From the NCBI RefSeq assembly GCF_035285525.1, contig NZ_JAYKGW010000216.1:1-6000 (forward strand): a stretch of DNA of 6,000 nt, given 5' to 3'. Shown piece by piece: positions 5,093-6,000 of the stretch; positions within the stretch are counted from its first letter, which is position 1; every line of letters starts with the position of its first letter. The notes under the pieces were generated by a model. That model saw only the letters and a program-made list of their open reading frames with translations. It did not search any database and was not told the origin of the DNA. The DNA comes from Okeania sp. Lineage in GTDB: Bacteria; Cyanobacteriota; Cyanobacteriia; Cyanobacteriales; Microcoleaceae. The position numbers were made by a program, and so were the translations under genes.

Positions 5093-5329
5093 CTTCTTCC
5101 TTACCAAAAAATGAAGTATAAAGCCTCTGCCGATAACAGACCAGGAATGAGAGAAAATGTTTTACAAAAAATATTCGATCTCTTCTTCACTACTAAACCA
5201 GTTGGTCAAGGAACTGGACGAGGATTATCTATTAGTTACCAAATAGTTACAGAGCAACATGGAGGACAATTGCAGTGTTTTTCGGAAATTGGACAAGGTA
5301 CTAAGTTTATGATAGATATACCAATTTAA
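5093..5329 (+). pseudogene. Histidine kinase C-terminal (HATPase_c) fragment; truncated remnant
   Basis: The frame is open from 5093, the first ATG is at 5111 and the stop is at 5327-5329. The translation ...ADNRPGMRENVLQKIFDLFFTTKPVGQGTGRGLSISYQIVTEQHGGQLQCFSEIGQGTKFMIDIPI covers only the G1, F and G2 boxes and the C-terminal strands of a sensor kinase ATPase domain. No H-box/DHp or N-box occurs in any frame of 4953-5092. Two conserved positions are substituted: DxGxG reads DNRPG, and F.PFF reads FDLFF. Confidence 0.75.
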
Positions 5330-5332
5330 TTT

Positions 5333-5395
5333 AGTAGGGGAGTAGGGGAGTAAGGGAGTAGGGAGTAGGGCAGTGGGAAGTGGGGAGTAGGGGAG
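5333..5395 (+). repeat. Tandem AGTAGGGG octamer/heptamer array (STRR-like), 8 units, G-run rich
   Basis: AGTAGGGG, AGTAGGGG, AGTAAGGG, AGTAGGG, AGTAGGGC, AGTGGGA, AGTGGGG, AGTAGGGG. The array begins 4 nt after the stop of the kinase fragment. Confidence 0.9.
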
Positions 5396-5620
5396 ATGGT
5401 GCATAATGGGGGTATTTTGATACTTTTTTCTCTATTCTATTTCTGGAAATTATGACTTTTGACTCCTTAATCCTGACTACTGTTTTTCAATCCTCACTTT
5501 TGCAAAGATACGGTTAGGGGGTTCTATAAGAAAAGGTAATTATTAATTATGGAAACAGGAGGCAGCCAAAAGAATAGTGAGAGTAATTTTTCAGCAAGAG
5601 CGTTACCCCAAAATACTTAC

Positions 5621-5720
5621 TTGAACAGGACTTAGGCAGCAACGATAGATATAGTGGTTAAAACTCTTGGGCAATAGTTTTTTGACTCTATATATAGTAC
5701 GTTCGCGTAAGTCCTGTTGA
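5621..5720. repeat. ~100-nt foldback (palindromic, MITE-like) element, copy 1
   Basis: The termini are TTGAACAGGACTTAGGC (5621-5637) and GCGTAAGTCCTGTTGAA (5704-5720), matching 15/17 with an 11-bp perfect core at 5624-5634/5708-5718. The interior also folds: AACG(5641-5644)/CGTT(5700-5703), ATATAG/CTATAT, and AAAACT(5660-5665)/AGTTTT(5676-5681). Confidence 0.7.
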
Positions 5721-5783
5721 AGAATCTGAGCTACCTAAAAGCTGGAACTTTTTCCCAACTTCAATACTTATCTTTATCTATGC

Positions 5784-5879
5784 ACAGGACTTTTACGCAA
5801 CTACAACGTATTTTCGTCGGATACGACTGAAGAGAAACAATCTCAAACCCCTGTATTTCCTACCTCATGGGTAAGTCCT
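5784..5879. repeat. Second inverted pair sharing only the AGGACTT(A) terminal motif
   Basis: ACAGGACTT (5784-5792) and TAAGTCCT (5872-5879) are in inverted orientation. The interior is unrelated to 5638-5703 and contains the hairpin CGTAT(5807-5811)/ATACG(5821-5825). Confidence 0.45.
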
Positions 5880-5925
5880 ATATTAAATACTTTGAGATTG
5901 AATCAGCAAACCCTAGTTATTTATA

Positions 5926-6000
5926 AACAGGACTTAGACAGCGACCATAGATATAGTGGTTAAAACTGTTGTGCAATAGTTTTTTAACTCTATATATAGT
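5926..6000. repeat. Foldback element copy 2 (left ~75 nt only; cut by window end)
   Basis: 5926-6000 aligns to 5624-5698 with 69/75 identity and no gaps, at a 302-nt offset. Confidence 0.75.

Noticed and set aside
5488-5507. CCTCAC core resembling the cyanobacterial Yfr1 sRNA motif
   Set aside because: Only 6 nt match, the flanking stems are 4 bp and AU-rich, and I found no promoter or terminator context. The similarity is too weak to call an sRNA.
5549-5635. 28-aa small ORF (METGGSQKNSESNFSARALPQNTYLNRT)
   Set aside because: It has no convincing RBS and the sequence is hydrophilic and low-complexity. Its stop codon lies inside the terminal repeat of the foldback element, so it is probably fortuitous.
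5621-6000. CRISPR array, integron attC sites or retron msr/msd as explanations for the palindromic elements
   Set aside because: - CRISPR: the repeats are about 100 nt long and palindromic over their full length, with a 302-nt period, which is unlike CRISPR.
- attC: the ends read CTTGAAC and GTTGAAG. These only partly match RYYYAAC and GTTRRRY, and there are no cassette ORFs or intI.
- Retron: the a1/a2-like inverted repeats are only about 100 nt apart, and no reverse transcriptase gene is visible.
None of the three can be supported from this window.

Overview
AT-rich window with two HIP1 octamers (GCGATCGC at 1982-1989 and 2981-2988) and several heptamer or octamer tandem repeats. This points to a filamentous, probably Nostocales-type, cyanobacterial chromosome. 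One gene fills most of it: a 1373-aa cytoplasmic multi-sensor c-di-GMP protein (704-4825, +) with the order PAS-PAS-GAF-LOV-GAF-PAS-GGDEF-EAL. The LOV module has the canonical flavin-adduct cysteine, and the GGDEF and EAL catalytic motifs both look intact. Downstream lies a 72-aa remnant of a histidine-kinase ATPase domain (5093-5329, +), best read as a gene fragment or pseudogene. The rest (1-703, 4826-5092, 5330-6000) has no convincing ORF and is packed with short repeats. These include a nested 42/46/53-nt repeat ending 14 nt before the start codon, a G-run octamer array, a G-free CT tract and a 29-nt hairpin repeat pair. A 12-21-nt motif also occurs four times and brackets the big gene, and about 100-nt foldback (MITE-like) elements sit at the right edge. 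I see no rRNA, tRNA, CRISPR array, transposase, integrase or recognisable defence or toxin gene, and no clear multi-gene system. The most unusual points are a Cys-rich insertion of about 50 aa in the EAL domain and the repeat architecture around the gene. All domain calls come from motif recognition by eye, not from searches.
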